Shown in pieces: positions 18,734 through 28,393 of a stretch of DNA of 64,000 nt. Location of the stretch: IMG/VR virus record IMGVR_UViG_3300033144_007571, one strand, 5' to 3'. A program made the position numbers and the translations under genes. This DNA comes from an uncultured virus (IMG/VR IMGVR_UViG_3300033144_007571). Its lineage: Duplodnaviria > Heunggongvirae > Uroviricota > Caudoviricetes. The notes under the pieces are model-generated. The model was not told the origin of the DNA. It saw only the letters and a program-made list of their open reading frames with translations, and ran no database searches. The stretch's first letter is position 1, and each line of letters opens with the position of its first letter.

Positions 18734-19609
18734 TTAATAATCTGTAGTTATTGTAAGATGAAATGGAATATTTTTTTTTCGTAACCATAACCATCCATCA
18801 ACATCTGAAATATTCCATCCTGTCAATTCACATAGTTTTTCACAAGTCAAAATAGTTGCTGCTCTGATTTCACATTCTTCTCTGGAATGTTTTTGAATAA
18901 GGATTGAATTGGATATTTTTTCTTGTAACTCTACGGAATATACAATACATCCATAGTGAGCTAACATTTTTGGGACTTTATAATCGGCAGGTACATGAAG
19001 ATTCTGCATAGCATTTTTAAACCATCCAAAATTTCTGTATAGTTGTAGGAAAAATAGTGAAGCTCTTTTTAGAAACATATCAGATCCGTATCCTGGGAAT
19101 ACACAAACTAAAAATTGAAAATGCCTTTCAAAATCTTCATCCGTATGGTTTTCTATAATATCTTTTACGAAAGACTCACCCACTTTTATAAGTTCTCTCA
19201 AATGGTTTGCTCTTTCTTCTAGCATTGGAAATCTATAATAAGATAAAGCTGATATGAATTCTTCGATACACATAGCAAAGGTAAAAATAGATGGATAACC
19301 AGGTTCTCTATATTGTTCAAATGATAGATCAAGCACCTCAAACATTGATGTAGATGAAGCTCCGTTAGGTCTTATATCATGGCGTCCGTACCAATAGCAA
19401 TAGTTAATAGAGTTTCCGATTAGTTCTAACAGGCATGTTTTATAAATATCATTAGATTCTTTGGGGGGAAATTTAGTTGGTCCTTCTTCTTTCATTCTTG
19501 CAGCTAGGAGTTTAGTTTGCCAATTGTCAGTTACTACCTCCTTAGTAATTGTCATAAATCTTTCAGCAATTTCAAATACACTTTCTACTAAATTCATATA
19601 TTCCTCCAT
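18734..19609 (-). CDS. Queuosine salvage protein (DUF2419/QNG1-like hydrolase)
   Basis: NSINYCYW, PMLEER, FLKRASL, PADYKVPKML, EECEIRAATI, VDGWLW, PFHLTITTDY. Confidence 0.85.
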   Translation of the reverse strand: MEEYMNLVESVFEIAERFMTITKEVVTDNWQTKLLAARMKEEGPTKFPPKESNDIYKTCLLELIGNSINYCYWYGRHDIRPNGASSTSMFEVLDLSFEQYREPGYPSIFTFAMCIEEFISALSYYRFPMLEERANHLRELIKVGESFVKDIIENHTDEDFERHFQFLVCVFPGYGSDMFLKRASLFFLQLYRNFGWFKNAMQNLHVPADYKVPKMLAHYGCIVYSVELQEKISNSILIQKHSREECEIRAATILTCEKLCELTGWNISDVDGWLWLRKKNIPFHLTITTDY

Positions 19610-19613
19610 TCAT

Positions 19614-19631
19614 TTTATAATTATTTGTTCT
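19614..19631 (-). promoter_or_regulatory. Motif B variant, AGAACAAATAATTATAAA
   Basis: Immediately upstream of 19609. Confidence 0.45.
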
Positions 19632-19650
19632 AAATTCACAAGTAAATGAC

Positions 19651-20055
19651 TTAAATTCCTACTAGGTCTTCTATTTCTTCTTCGCCTTCTTCTTCAGCTT
19701 TTTCATACGATTCATCAAATTTTTCAACTAAAGTTTCAAATTCTCCAGCATGCACTTTTTCTTCATGAGCAACACTCATCATTACTTTTCTTATACTATC
19801 TTGAGAAGCGAGTTCAGCAAAACGCTCATATAAATTTGCTGCATCAAGCTCAGCAATAATACTAAGACGGATCATAGTGATATCTTTCTGCGGACCAGGC
19901 TCCATTGCTTCAATCTCTCCTTGTTTAATGAAAAGTTCTGATATTTTTTCTTTCGTTTTTTCAAGGAGCACCTGTGGTTCAGACTCTTTTATTTTAAATT
20001 TCTTTGGTCTTAAATCAGTAGTTTTTAAATTATTTATATATTGCTCTTTATCCAT
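19651..20055 (-). CDS. Ferritin/rubrerythrin-like di-iron protein
   Basis: IIAELDAANLYE...AHEEKVHAGEF. Confidence 0.8.
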   Translation of the reverse strand: MDKEQYINNLKTTDLRPKKFKIKESEPQVLLEKTKEKISELFIKQGEIEAMEPGPQKDITMIRLSIIAELDAANLYERFAELASQDSIRKVMMSVAHEEKVHAGEFETLVEKFDESYEKAEEEGEEEIEDLVGI

Positions 20056-20057
20056 TT

Positions 20058-20567
20058 TTAATATACTCCAAGTTCTTTTAGAATAACGTCTAATTTTAAT
20101 TGTTTCATTTGCATCATAATAAACTCTGAAATTGTGGGGGTATGTGGTTGACGTCTTAAATACATTTTGGCTTCAGATGGAGTTCTATCACGTTTCTTAT
20201 GATTACATGGTTGACATGAAGTAACACAATTTTCAAATGTTGATTTACCACCCTTTGAAACTGGAATGACGTGATCAATATCCAGCTTTATTTTACCGGA
20301 AGCACCACAATACATACATGTAAATCTATCTCTCACACGAACATTTCTTTTACTAAAGGGAACCTTATTTTTATATATCATTCTAATTATTTTTAGAAGC
20401 TTCATAACTAAAGGGATTCTAAAAACTTTTCCTCCAGCGCTATGGACTACTTCATCAGAATATTTTAAAACCTCAGTATCCCCTTTAAATAGAATACATA
20501 TAGCTCTTTGCCAATTAACGATATTAAGATATGTGTAATCTCCATTTAAAATGATACAGTTTTCCAT
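20058..20567 (-). CDS. HNH endonuclease
   Basis: RDRFTCMYC, DIDHVIPVSKGG, ENCVTSCQPCNHKK. Confidence 0.9.
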   Translation of the reverse strand: MENCIILNGDYTYLNIVNWQRAICILFKGDTEVLKYSDEVVHSAGGKVFRIPLVMKLLKIIRMIYKNKVPFSKRNVRVRDRFTCMYCGASGKIKLDIDHVIPVSKGGKSTFENCVTSCQPCNHKKRDRTPSEAKMYLRRQPHTPTISEFIMMQMKQLKLDVILKELGVY

Positions 20568-20579
20568 TTACTTCTCCTT

Positions 20580-21110
20580 TCAAGACCATATTCTAGTTAT
20601 TCTTTTCTTATTCCAGTTAAACACCTTGAAATCAAATTGTTTAAATTCTTTTTCAAAATATTTTCCTGTTATTACTACAATGCGCTCACCTGTTAATATT
20701 CTTGAAAACTCTTTTAATCTGTTGAGCGTCATTTCGTGTATATTTTTATTTCTGTCAATATTATGAAACTTATTAAAACTTGCTCTGCATACTATTAAGT
20801 TAAATTCGTTATCATCAAATGGAAGTTTTTTTATTCCATCATATATTTTAACATAAGGTTTAACACCCAAAGCTCTTCTAAATTCTTGAAATATACTGAA
20901 TCTACTGACGGCTTCTGTGTCTAGTCCCATAATGTTATAACCAAAGTCAATGCCTATTCTTACAGACCAACCTGCCCCGCATCCAAAGTCTAGTATTTTA
21001 TATTTCTTTATATCATCAAAGTACTTAAAAAATACGGACCAATTCTTTCTTTGGTTTTCTTCTTTAAAAGATTTATTATAGTATGGTATATTAAAGACCG
21101 GTAATAACAT
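20580..21110 (-). CDS. Class I SAM-dependent methyltransferase
   Basis: ILDFGCGAG, LPFDDNEFNLI. Confidence 0.8.
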   Translation of the reverse strand: MLLPVFNIPYYNKSFKEENQRKNWSVFFKYFDDIKKYKILDFGCGAGWSVRIGIDFGYNIMGLDTEAVSRFSIFQEFRRALGVKPYVKIYDGIKKLPFDDNEFNLIVCRASFNKFHNIDRNKNIHEMTLNRLKEFSRILTGERIVVITGKYFEKEFKQFDFKVFNWNKKRITRIWS

Positions 21111-21114
21111 TTAG

Positions 21115-21777
21115 TTATCCTTTTTGAATATACTTTAAATATTCATTCAAAAAACCCTTAGTATATAGTTTGCCTTTATATATAACTTTTGGCATTGCCC
21201 ATGGTAATGGTTTCTTTTGTTGTGCGTCTGCTTGTTCATCGTCAATTTCAACATCTTCGCTTCCAATACCCGATTTCATTCCAGTTTTATCAGAATATAT
21301 TCCAATAATATCTTTATAACCAGGATCGAATTTTCCTTTTTTAAATAAAACTTCATTTAATTTGGCTGTACCTTTAAATAGCATATAACCTTGTTTTTTA
21401 TAATCCTTGACTCCTTTTTTACCTCTCATGATAGCAACATTAATCATATGATAAATACCCTTTACTTTTCTTCCTTTAAATTCAATAACTATGTGAGCTG
21501 GAGAATATTTAGTAATGATACATGAACCATCATCCCATTTTTCTAGTTTGCCTGCACCGTATCCCTTTTCAATAGTACCCAAAAAAAGAGCCTCTTTTGG
21601 AGTATGATCATGTGTTCTAACAGCTAATACTTTTGTCCCGGTTGCAGTTGGAACTCCTTTTCTTACAGCAAATGATGCCCAGTTTTTTGATTTTGGCATT
21701 TTAAATCTTAGATCGTAATGTAGTCTAGCTTTGTTTGCATCGTGCTTAATTATTATAAATTTTGAGGTAACTTTCAT
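21115..21777 (-). CDS. Stand-alone LigD 3'-phosphoesterase domain with C-terminal extension
   Basis: KHDANKARLHYDLRF, SFAVRKG, LAVRTHDH, YGAGKLEKWDDG. Confidence 0.85.
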   Translation of the reverse strand: MKVTSKFIIIKHDANKARLHYDLRFKMPKSKNWASFAVRKGVPTATGTKVLAVRTHDHTPKEALFLGTIEKGYGAGKLEKWDDGSCIITKYSPAHIVIEFKGRKVKGIYHMINVAIMRGKKGVKDYKKQGYMLFKGTAKLNEVLFKKGKFDPGYKDIIGIYSDKTGMKSGIGSEDVEIDDEQADAQQKKPLPWAMPKVIYKGKLYTKGFLNEYLKYIQKG

Positions 21778-21779
21778 TT

Positions 21780-22568
21780 TTATTCCTCTTTACCACCTGC
21801 TTTCCATGCTAATATGGTCCTATATGTAAAACGTATAAAAATCGCTAATACAAACAAAATTATTGGTAATTGATAAGCAGTACTAGCCGTACCATATGTA
21901 ATAAGTGCACCCTTTGAAGTGTATATAGCTGCTAAAATAATCCAAGATATGACAGCTACTAATTTAAGACCTGTAGAAAATCTCTTTATTGGGGTGCCTT
22001 CTTCTGCTTTGTCTATCTCTTTTTTCAGATCTTTTAATGTTGTTTCCTTTTGTTCTACAAACTTATATATAACTACAGGAGCCCACTCTATAAGAATATA
22101 CACCAAAAATGTTGCCAGTGCAGTTATTATGGCCGTATATCCGAATCCAGAAACAATACCAAAATCTTTCAGAAATGTCATACTGACAGAACTTAAGCCC
22201 GGGAGTTGAGCAAGACGACTAGCAAGTATAACTATAGGAACTACAAGATAATACCATTTTTCCCCTTTGTATATAGCGCTCTTGCCGGATAAGATATTAT
22301 CAACTATCGATCTTGCTTTTCTAAATTCAGGGGTCTTCTCGGCTTCTTTGTAAGTCTTTTTAATATTATTATTTTGAACTTTTAACCCCTTAATTTTATT
22401 AGCAACATTCTTTACAATATCACCTATCCCCTCTAAAAGATATTCATTATTAGCATTTAAATCTTCCATTATTAATATTTCATTTAGGATGTTTTGCTCT
22501 TTTGTAATCTTTTTTTCTGTATGAAACTTTGGTACAGTCTCAATTAAACAATCTTTATAACTTGTCAT
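21780..22568 (-). CDS. Multi-TM protein with YLLE-type N-terminal region (start revised)
   Basis: ILNEILIMED...EYLLEG; about 4 hydrophobic helices. Confidence 0.55.
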   Translation of the reverse strand: MTSYKDCLIETVPKFHTEKKITKEQNILNEILIMEDLNANNEYLLEGIGDIVKNVANKIKGLKVQNNNIKKTYKEAEKTPEFRKARSIVDNILSGKSAIYKGEKWYYLVVPIVILASRLAQLPGLSSVSMTFLKDFGIVSGFGYTAIITALATFLVYILIEWAPVVIYKFVEQKETTLKDLKKEIDKAEEGTPIKRFSTGLKLVAVISWIILAAIYTSKGALITYGTASTAYQLPIILFVLAIFIRFTYRTILAWKAGGKEE

Positions 22569-23157
22569 TTTTTCCTCCAATAGCGACGACAGTTCCTACT
22601 CTATGTGGTGGTAAAGATGGCCCTGCATCTTTTAGGTCTGGATATGGATCATCTCCTGACCCATCATAGCTTCCAAGTAATTCATCTCTTGCTCTATCAA
22701 TTCTTTGCTGACATACTCTGTTTGATCCACAAAGAGCTCGAGCCATTCTTAAACATACTAGTCGTTTCTTTGGGCAGTCATATTGAAGACAGTGTTTAAT
22801 ATAATCATTTTCTTCATATTCAGAGAGCATATATTTAATAGCTAAATTGTCAAGATGTTCCCCAACATTTCTATACTTTCGGGACATTGCCATAGCTTTC
22901 TTTTGAGTCTTGCCTTTGCCTCTCCAATATGTACTACCATGAGCTTCATCTTTTAAAGCAGCACAATACCCTTCTGGGTTGTCAACTTTGCCACTCATTT
23001 TCTTTACACATTTATCAAAAAATCCTTTCTCTTTTGGAGTTTTATCTCCTACATCCTTAGCAATAGTTCTTCCTGTTTTTTTAACGCTTTTTTTAGTCCA
23101 CCCTTTGGGCATTTTTTCAAAGCCTGCGTCGCGTAAGTAGTTTTCATATAGTTTCAT
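22555..23157 (-). CDS. Putative virion (head) protein
   Basis: Basic; FFDKCVKKM...EGYCAALKD Cys motif; internal MLSE. Confidence 0.5.
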   Translation of the reverse strand: MKLYENYLRDAGFEKMPKGWTKKSVKKTGRTIAKDVGDKTPKEKGFFDKCVKKMSGKVDNPEGYCAALKDEAHGSTYWRGKGKTQKKAMAMSRKYRNVGEHLDNLAIKYMLSEYEENDYIKHCLQYDCPKKRLVCLRMARALCGSNRVCQQRIDRARDELLGSYDGSGDDPYPDLKDAGPSLPPHRVGTVVAIGGKNDKL

Positions 23158-23178
23158 TTTTTAACTCCTATATGTTTT

Positions 23179-23502
23179 TTATTTTGTTTTACCTGTTGTT
23201 GATCCGCTTTTCTGCTTATCCTTAAACATATCTGATATACCTTTACCAGACAAAGCTCTACTACGAACTCTTGGTCCGAATTTCTTCCGGATCAGGTCTC
23301 TAAATTTATAAAACTTGTCTCTATATTTTACCATTTTCTTATATAAAGGATCATTTGTTTCTTTGGCATATTTAGTTGAAAGAGCTCCTATTGCTCTATC
23401 AATTTTAGTTTGCCTTGTAACTCTTGTGATAGTAGTTCTTTTTGCTTTGTATCCTGCTTCTGTTACTTGAATTTTTTCTAGATATTTATCCAATTTGCTC
23501 AT
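23179..23502 (-). CDS. Basic hypothetical protein, probably virion-internal
   Basis: LDKYLEKIQVTEA start; very K/R-rich. Confidence 0.55.
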   Translation of the reverse strand: MSKLDKYLEKIQVTEAGYKAKRTTITRVTRQTKIDRAIGALSTKYAKETNDPLYKKMVKYRDKFYKFRDLIRKKFGPRVRSRALSGKGISDMFKDKQKSGSTTGKTK

Positions 23503-23524
23503 TTTGAAAGTCCTCCATTATATC

Positions 23525-24178
23525 TTATCCTCTTGCCGCCATAGCACTTGCAAAAAGAACGCCGCCTAACAACATAAGAAAAAGACCCCACAAAATTCCA
23601 CCGAATAAAAGGGTTCCAACACCTACTACAAACGATATTAAACCAAAAAGAACAAGAAAAAATATGACGCCGGCTTCCCCCAAAGTTTCTTGTTCTATAG
23701 TTACTTTCTTTTTAGAATTTTTTTCCACATATTTATCAATAAAAGATAAACACTTTTTCGTCATGTTTTCTGAATTAGGAACGCCTCCTGTTGCAGTAGC
23801 AACTACAGTAGCTAAGTTTTTTGTCATACTATCAGATAAATTAGAGTATTTTTTCTTTAAGTGTGTTCTAGCAATTTTATATGAAGAATCAAAATTAGGA
23901 ACAAGTTTTTTCGCAATCAAAAATCCTTTAGTTGGGTCCATCTTAGGTATCGGAGAAAATACACTTTTAACAGCTTTAATATCAACTTTCTCTAGTGGGG
24001 GTTTTAACCTTTTTAAAATAGACTTCGCTTTATCTATTGACATCTTTCTAGCAAATGATTTCAAATCTTCAGTTAAAAAATCAAATTCCTCAAGAAGTTG
24101 AATGTCTTCGGTGACTATTTGATTTTTAGGTAATTTGGTAGCTAAATGCTCTTTTAATACCTGTTTATAATTTTTCAT
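23525..24178 (-). CDS. Paralog-family membrane protein
   Basis: FDFLTEDLK; 2 C-terminal TM helices. Confidence 0.6.
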   Translation of the reverse strand: MKNYKQVLKEHLATKLPKNQIVTEDIQLLEEFDFLTEDLKSFARKMSIDKAKSILKRLKPPLEKVDIKAVKSVFSPIPKMDPTKGFLIAKKLVPNFDSSYKIARTHLKKKYSNLSDSMTKNLATVVATATGGVPNSENMTKKCLSFIDKYVEKNSKKKVTIEQETLGEAGVIFFLVLFGLISFVVGVGTLLFGGILWGLFLMLLGGVLFASAMAARG

Positions 24179-24629
24179 TTTTAAAATCCTCCAACGCCAT
24201 CCTAGCTAACCCGTATGCATCAGCAAGATCAGAATTATCAAATTCAACACCCCATCTTTTAAATACATTCAGGAGTATTAAATCTTTCTTACACTGACCT
24301 TTTCCTGTGATGAATTTTTTTAGCTCGTTAGGAGTAATTATTTTATATTTAATATCATTTTGGAACAAAAAAATACGAGTGACATAATGAACTGCACTCA
24401 TTTGGGCTTTTGCCTGCCCCTGTGAACCATAACTTAATCCTTCAAGATATACAATATCATCTGGATTTACTAAACTGCTTATATAATCTCTTAATTTAAT
24501 TAATCTTTCTTCATCTGAGTTTCTTTTTGTAGTTACGATTACTTCTTGTTTAATGATTTCTGCATCTTCATCAAGAATTATGAGACCATTATTTGTATAA
24601 GCAAAATCGAGGCCAAAAAAATAAGACAT
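24165..24629 (-). CDS. ruvC: RuvC-like Holliday junction resolvase (start revised)
   Basis: FGLDFAYTNNG, VYLEG, PNELKKFITGKG, DLADAY. Confidence 0.85.
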   Translation of the reverse strand: MSYFFGLDFAYTNNGLIILDEDAEIIKQEVIVTTKRNSDEERLIKLRDYISSLVNPDDIVYLEGLSYGSQGQAKAQMSAVHYVTRIFLFQNDIKYKIITPNELKKFITGKGQCKKDLILLNVFKRWGVEFDNSDLADAYGLARMALEDFKNEKL

Positions 24630-24633
24630 TTTA

Positions 24634-24849
24634 TTATTCCTTTTCGACAAGATTCGATACTTTTATTTTCTTGATAAAGAATGAACCATCTCCATCAAAG
24701 AAAAATCTTTTTCGATATTCTGACATATCTGGATCTACTACTACTTCAAATGAGTGACCGATATTAGCTGTAGGTTTAATATATTCTAAAAAGTTTTCTA
24801 ATGAATCATCTTGATCTCTAACCAAAATTGTTATTAATTTAAAAGCCAT
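24634..24849 (-). CDS. Hypothetical protein
   Basis: 71-aa ORF with SD. Confidence 0.55.
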   Translation of the reverse strand: MAFKLITILVRDQDDSLENFLEYIKPTANIGHSFEVVVDPDMSEYRKRFFFDGDGSFFIKKIKVSNLVEKE

Positions 24850-24864
24850 TGATTTTATTCCCCT

Positions 24865-25587
24865 TTACCCATGTACAATTCGTATATTAGGAACGAACAA
24901 TCTTTCAAGTTTTTCTTTTACTTCTCTTTTTAACTCCTTTCCTTCTTCAAAAATACCACTTTCTAAAGGCACATCTCCAAATGGAGTTTTCAAATTTCCG
25001 TCACCATATCTCTTTCTAATCCGACCTAATGCCATCATAACATCTGCTAGAGCAAACTCTTCATACAAGACATATAAATCGTTTGGAATCTCGCTTAAAT
25101 CTTCGCATTGTTGGCGTTCATATTCAACTGTAACTACCCTTGCCTCACTTGGAAACAATGGAGAGATTCTAACAATGTTTGGGTGATGAAATTCAAACGT
25201 ATAATCCCATGACGAAAACATCTTTGTAGTCATAGCACTATTAACTCTCAGTGCAAAATCTGGTAATTCCCCCTCGGTAAATATTCCAAATGGAGGATGA
25301 CCAAGAGCGTAAAGATTCCCCTGGTCGAAATATATATCTATTATGTTTAATATTTCACGACCTTCTGGTTCATTAATATAATACTCATTCCCTCTTCCGG
25401 GAACTTGATTCGCTGTAAGTTGTGTATTCAATGCCATTTTAGCTGTATCTGGTACCCAATATGACCATTCTTTAAGAGAAAATTTTGTAGTGTATTCTAA
25501 AATGTCTTCGTCAGTCCATTCCAAATTCATGAAAGGAAACCCAAGGTTTCTTTTGATATAATCTAATAGTTGTGATTGATCTAACAT
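24865..25587 (-). CDS. Neck/head-completion protein, T4 gp13-like
   Basis: LLDYIKRNLGFP...LE start; ALADVMMALGRIRKRY; C-terminal GKELKREV. Confidence 0.65.
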   Translation of the reverse strand: MLDQSQLLDYIKRNLGFPFMNLEWTDEDILEYTTKFSLKEWSYWVPDTAKMALNTQLTANQVPGRGNEYYINEPEGREILNIIDIYFDQGNLYALGHPPFGIFTEGELPDFALRVNSAMTTKMFSSWDYTFEFHHPNIVRISPLFPSEARVVTVEYERQQCEDLSEIPNDLYVLYEEFALADVMMALGRIRKRYGDGNLKTPFGDVPLESGIFEEGKELKREVKEKLERLFVPNIRIVHG

Positions 25588-25597
25588 AATAATTTCC

Positions 25598-26728
25598 TCA
25601 TATGTATAAAAAGTCTATTGAACTTTCTTCTAAATATACCCCATTGATCTCAAGAGCTTTCTTCATTGATTCTAGTGGATATATATCTCTATCTTCAGAT
25701 AAGATTTTTTCAATCCCTTTTCTCTTATCAATCATTTCTGTTTTAAGAGGATTATCTAATGCTCTTGAAATTAATTCAAAGGATACTAATTTTAAATTGT
25801 TTGATATTACTTGGTTAGTAGTTTCTTCTTTAACTACCTTTTTCAAATGTTTGTTCCCAATATTTTCTGGAATCTCGTCAAACAATGGGAGGTTATGTTC
25901 TACTTTATTAAAGATTCTTTCCATATTTCCAGTCATAGAGACTAACTGATCAAATATTTCTATAAATCTTACTGGCCCAACTCCCTTAATCCCTTCAACA
26001 TCATCACCTGGATCACCAATAACAGCCATAGCTAATGGTAGAAATTCATCAGGCATTGCTGTTTCTTTTCTTAAAAATAAGGACATTATATTTCCAGCTT
26101 TGATTATTTTTTTAACCTTGGCTGATTTAGAAAAAATGTAAGAGTGCTCTCCAGCACATTGGTGGAGATCATGATCGTTTGAATAGATAACATTAGCTAC
26201 TCTTTCATTTAAAGGAACCATCTTCCTTGTGACTAAATAATATGGAATGAAATCCGCTTCCAAATTTTGCATTCTTATAACTTTCAAACCAGGCATTTTA
26301 TTACAAGCTTTTTCGATCAATTTAAAATTAGCTTGTAGTATCGAGAAAAATCTTTCTCTATCAGCTCTATCTAGTCCATATAAATCATCAATTCTTCTTG
26401 ATATTTTATATTTTTTACTAATATTTTTATGATAGTAAGAGTGACCAGACTCTAAGAAAATTATAAAGTTTAAATCAATCCCTCTTTTCATACCATACAT
26501 TTTATGAAATGATAGAAAAGCAATTAGAGATGAGAATATTGAAGTATCTAAGTATTTTAAATTTTTTGAGTTTTCAAGTATATTAACAATTGCATGCTCC
26601 ATGTAAGTAGTCTGCAATGTATTTTTCAAATCAATAAAAATATTCAACGTATTGTAATTGTTGATCGCAATTATTTCGTCTAAAATTGAATATGTGGGGT
26701 AGTAGCTCAATAAACTGGATGGGTGCAT
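25598..26728 (-). CDS. 5'-3' exonuclease/flap endonuclease (T4 RNase H-like)
   Basis: LEADFI, SNDHDLHQ, IGDPGDDVEGIKGVGP. Confidence 0.85.
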   Translation of the reverse strand: MHPSSLLSYYPTYSILDEIIAINNYNTLNIFIDLKNTLQTTYMEHAIVNILENSKNLKYLDTSIFSSLIAFLSFHKMYGMKRGIDLNFIIFLESGHSYYHKNISKKYKISRRIDDLYGLDRADRERFFSILQANFKLIEKACNKMPGLKVIRMQNLEADFIPYYLVTRKMVPLNERVANVIYSNDHDLHQCAGEHSYIFSKSAKVKKIIKAGNIMSLFLRKETAMPDEFLPLAMAVIGDPGDDVEGIKGVGPVRFIEIFDQLVSMTGNMERIFNKVEHNLPLFDEIPENIGNKHLKKVVKEETTNQVISNNLKLVSFELISRALDNPLKTEMIDKRKGIEKILSEDRDIYPLESMKKALEINGVYLEESSIDFLYI

Positions 26729-26731
26729 TAA

Positions 26732-27091
26732 TTATTCTCCTTGAATAAACTGCGGTGGATTTTCTACTTCTTCTATTTCAAACCAATCTTTCCAATTTTT
26801 ATATTTTGGATTATATGAATCTGCTCTAAAAGTAACACCAACTGAGTTATAATATGCTGTTACAGGCCATAATCCTCTAAACGGACCTATATCTATTCTG
26901 TAAGCGTCATAAGAAGTTTTAAAATATGTTTCAATATGATGCATCCATATTAAACACTCCTTCACTAGTTTTTCATTTAACTCAATATAAAACTCAATGT
27001 CATAACCATCACTAAAATTTAAAATAGACATATCATCTATTTCGATACTTATCAATTTCATCGTTAATTCGTATGACAGTTTAACCTTCAT
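26732..27091 (-). CDS. Hypothetical protein
   Basis: 119-aa coupled ORF. Confidence 0.55.
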   Translation of the reverse strand: MKVKLSYELTMKLISIEIDDMSILNFSDGYDIEFYIELNEKLVKECLIWMHHIETYFKTSYDAYRIDIGPFRGLWPVTAYYNSVGVTFRADSYNPKYKNWKDWFEIEEVENPPQFIQGE

Positions 27092-27863
27092 CTACCTTTA
27101 CCAGTGATGATCTTGTAAGTACTTTAATATCAAGGCTTCCTAAAGTTGATGAAAATGAATTTAAAGTAATATCTTGACCTTGCTCTTTATACATTTTAAA
27201 TAGAACATTAGTCTCATAATCAATACTGAATGGAATCGTGGATAAATTTGCTGAACTCTTTTCAAGACTTACATTAGCTACAAGTCCTTGAACGAAATTT
27301 GCAAACTGATCTTTAGCTTGAGTTGCAGCACTAATAGATGCTTGCTCTCCATCAAAATTAACCTGAATTGCCAGAGTATTAAATGTTTGGGTAATAACTC
27401 TAACTCTTTCAGCCATCATGGTTTGTATTGTATAATCCAGAATTAAATCTTCCTCGTTCATTGTGAAAATACTTTCTAACTCTTCTACGCTCATAAATTT
27501 ATTGTCAATAAAATCAAGAGTTGGTGCTAAAACTTTTATAGATGTTATTCCATCTGAGAAAATATAACAAGTTTGACCATCTTGATTTATTGTTACTGTT
27601 ACTTCATCTTGCCCTTGAAATATTTTCAAGAGTTCTAATTTCTTTTTAATATCTGTTAGTGCCATGTCTACACCTGGAAGAATTGACGATAAATCAATTT
27701 CAAAAACTGATGTTTTATCATCACTCCTTTGTCTAACCAGACCATCTCGGATATCTATATCTGTACAAATATCCTTAAGATTTGTTATAAAGCTTAAAAA
27801 ATCGCTATACTCCGGTGTTTCTAATGTTACTACTGTTTGGTTTGTTACTTCTTCTGTTTCCAT
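27081..27863 (-). CDS. Putative sliding clamp (gp45/PCNA-like)
   Basis: 260 aa, acidic, alpha/beta pattern, near clamp loader. Confidence 0.55.
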   Translation of the reverse strand: METEEVTNQTVVTLETPEYSDFLSFITNLKDICTDIDIRDGLVRQRSDDKTSVFEIDLSSILPGVDMALTDIKKKLELLKIFQGQDEVTVTINQDGQTCYIFSDGITSIKVLAPTLDFIDNKFMSVEELESIFTMNEEDLILDYTIQTMMAERVRVITQTFNTLAIQVNFDGEQASISAATQAKDQFANFVQGLVANVSLEKSSANLSTIPFSIDYETNVLFKMYKEQGQDITLNSFSSTLGSLDIKVLTRSSLVKVDEG

Positions 27864-27883
27864 TCACAATTCTCCTATAGTTT

Positions 27884-28062
27884 TTATTTTGTACCCATTA
27901 TATTAGTAATCCAATCGACTGCTCCATGACCTTTACACTTTGAACATAACCATCTACAGTTGTTATAATGAGTGAGGGATGTTAGTCCTTCCCCTTACAT
28001 CTGTTGCATATCACCCAACCATCTTTTAAATATTTTTTAAGTCTTTTAAGGTTGGCGGCCAT
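27884..28062 (-). pseudogene. DnaJ-type zinc-finger small protein needing a -1 shift at GGGG (27991-27994)
   Basis: Frame 1 MAANLKRLKKYLKDGWVICNRCKG; -1 frame EGLTSLTHYNNCRWLCSKCKGHGAVDWITNIMGTK*. Confidence 0.65.
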
Positions 28063-28235
28063 CCTTCTACTCTCTGTAGTTCTTTTCTATTCCACATTTC
28101 TTTTGCAGCTTTATAAATCTGTCTTGAACCCATTTCAGTAGTCCTTTCACCATATTTGTTCCTTATTAATGTTAAAAGAACTGGGTTTTTTGAACTAGCT
28201 AATTTCACAATCCATTTTTTTCGTGTTCCTCTCAT
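28026..28235 (-). CDS. Hypothetical basic protein
   Basis: GGAGGAG SD. Confidence 0.6.
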   Translation of the reverse strand: MRGTRKKWIVKLASSKNPVLLTLIRNKYGERTTEMGSRQIYKAAKEMWNRKELQRVEGWPPTLKDLKNI

Positions 28236-28393
28236 TCTTTCTCCTCCAGTTTTTTGATAGATTCCAAACGATTTTCACGAAAATATTCTCTAGCTTTTTT
28301 TAGTAAGTCTACTGTTGTATTATTTTCTTTATCTGTTTCTTCATTTATTTTTTTGACCAGATAATCATCAAAAGTTTTCTTTTCTTTGCTCAT
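28232..28393 (-). CDS. Small hypothetical protein (53 aa, not in track)
   Basis: MSKEKKTFDDYL...; ATGA overlaps at both ends. Confidence 0.6.
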   Translation of the reverse strand: MSKEKKTFDDYLVKKINEETDKENNTTVDLLKKAREYFRENRLESIKKLEEKE

